Below, piece by piece: positions 24,073-24,264 of a stretch of 24,264 nucleotides of DNA. The position numbers were made by a program, and so were the translations under genes. The notes beneath the pieces are model-generated. The model saw nothing but the letters and a program-made list of their open reading frames with translations. It was not told the origin of the DNA and did not search any database. Position 1 is the stretch's first letter, and each line of letters opens with the position of its first letter. Origin of the DNA: a virus (Duplodnaviria; Caudoviricetes); IMG/VR virus record IMGVR_UViG_3300017759_000079, positions 1 through 24,264 of that record. One strand, 5' to 3'.

Positions 24073-24090
24073 GTTATTTATATTTAATTA

Positions 24091-24264
24091 TTAAATTGTT
24101 TCAGTTTCTACTGCTTCCAAAGTGAAAATCCCATTATCTCCACTAAACTGAATTGTATCATGCTCAATTCTTATACTACCCCCCTCGTGCATTTCTATAT
24201 CCCAAAAGATTTCTGAGTGGTCGTGTTCTATCCAATCCCAAAGTTTATCCTCTAACTCTGATTG
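24091..24264 (-). CDS. Hypothetical acidic protein, 5' end outside the window
   Basis: Open frame ...QSELEDKLWDWIEHDHSEIFWDIEMHEGGSIRIEHDTIQFSGDNGIFTLEAVETETI, stop at 24091-24093. Confidence 0.6.
   Translation of the reverse strand, partial: QSELEDKLWDWIEHDHSEIFWDIEMHEGGSIRIEHDTIQFSGDNGIFTLEAVETETI

Noticed and set aside
1-24264. Stop-codon reassignment, CRISPR array, tRNA, DGR, integrase/att site, introns or inteins
   Set aside because: Genes are intact in code 11, with TAA, TAG and TGA all used as stops. No spaced repeats, cloverleaf, reverse transcriptase or recombinase were seen. TerL and capsid are of normal length. Lifestyle cannot be determined from this window.

Overview
This window is part of an AT-rich tailed dsDNA phage genome (siphovirus-like, since it has a long tape measure gene). 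The host is very probably a marine Bacteroidota/Flavobacteriia, judged from three TTG-N19-TAnnTTTG promoters and A-rich translation starts without Shine-Dalgarno sequences. Every credible gene lies on the minus strand. In the direction of transcription (right to left) the order is: small early ORFs, a RecE/DUF3799-like exonuclease, a DnaA_C-like HTH protein, a ParB-like protein + TET-associated-type glycosyltransferase + TerS + TerL operon, an island of tiny genes driven by host-type promoters, a tail assembly chaperone with a -1 frameshift, tail completion and tail proteins, tape measure, XkdF-like prohead protease, scaffold, major capsid, probable tail tube, portal with extra C-terminal modules, adaptor, tail fibre, holin-like peptide, amidase and a truncated multi-module basic protein. 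About 15 ORFs missing from the ORF track were translated by hand. Main observations: (1) a packaging-linked glycosyltransferase with no TET or methyltransferase partner in its operon; (2) a five-copy CAA-N16-CGTTA late promoter that probably yields near-leaderless mRNAs; (3) a shared 22-bp palindromic operator in all three early promoters; (4) apparently complete absence of CYRG and CCCG/CGGG 4-mers; (5) recurrent candidate protease-cleavage motifs in head proteins. All family assignments come from motif recognition, not database searches.
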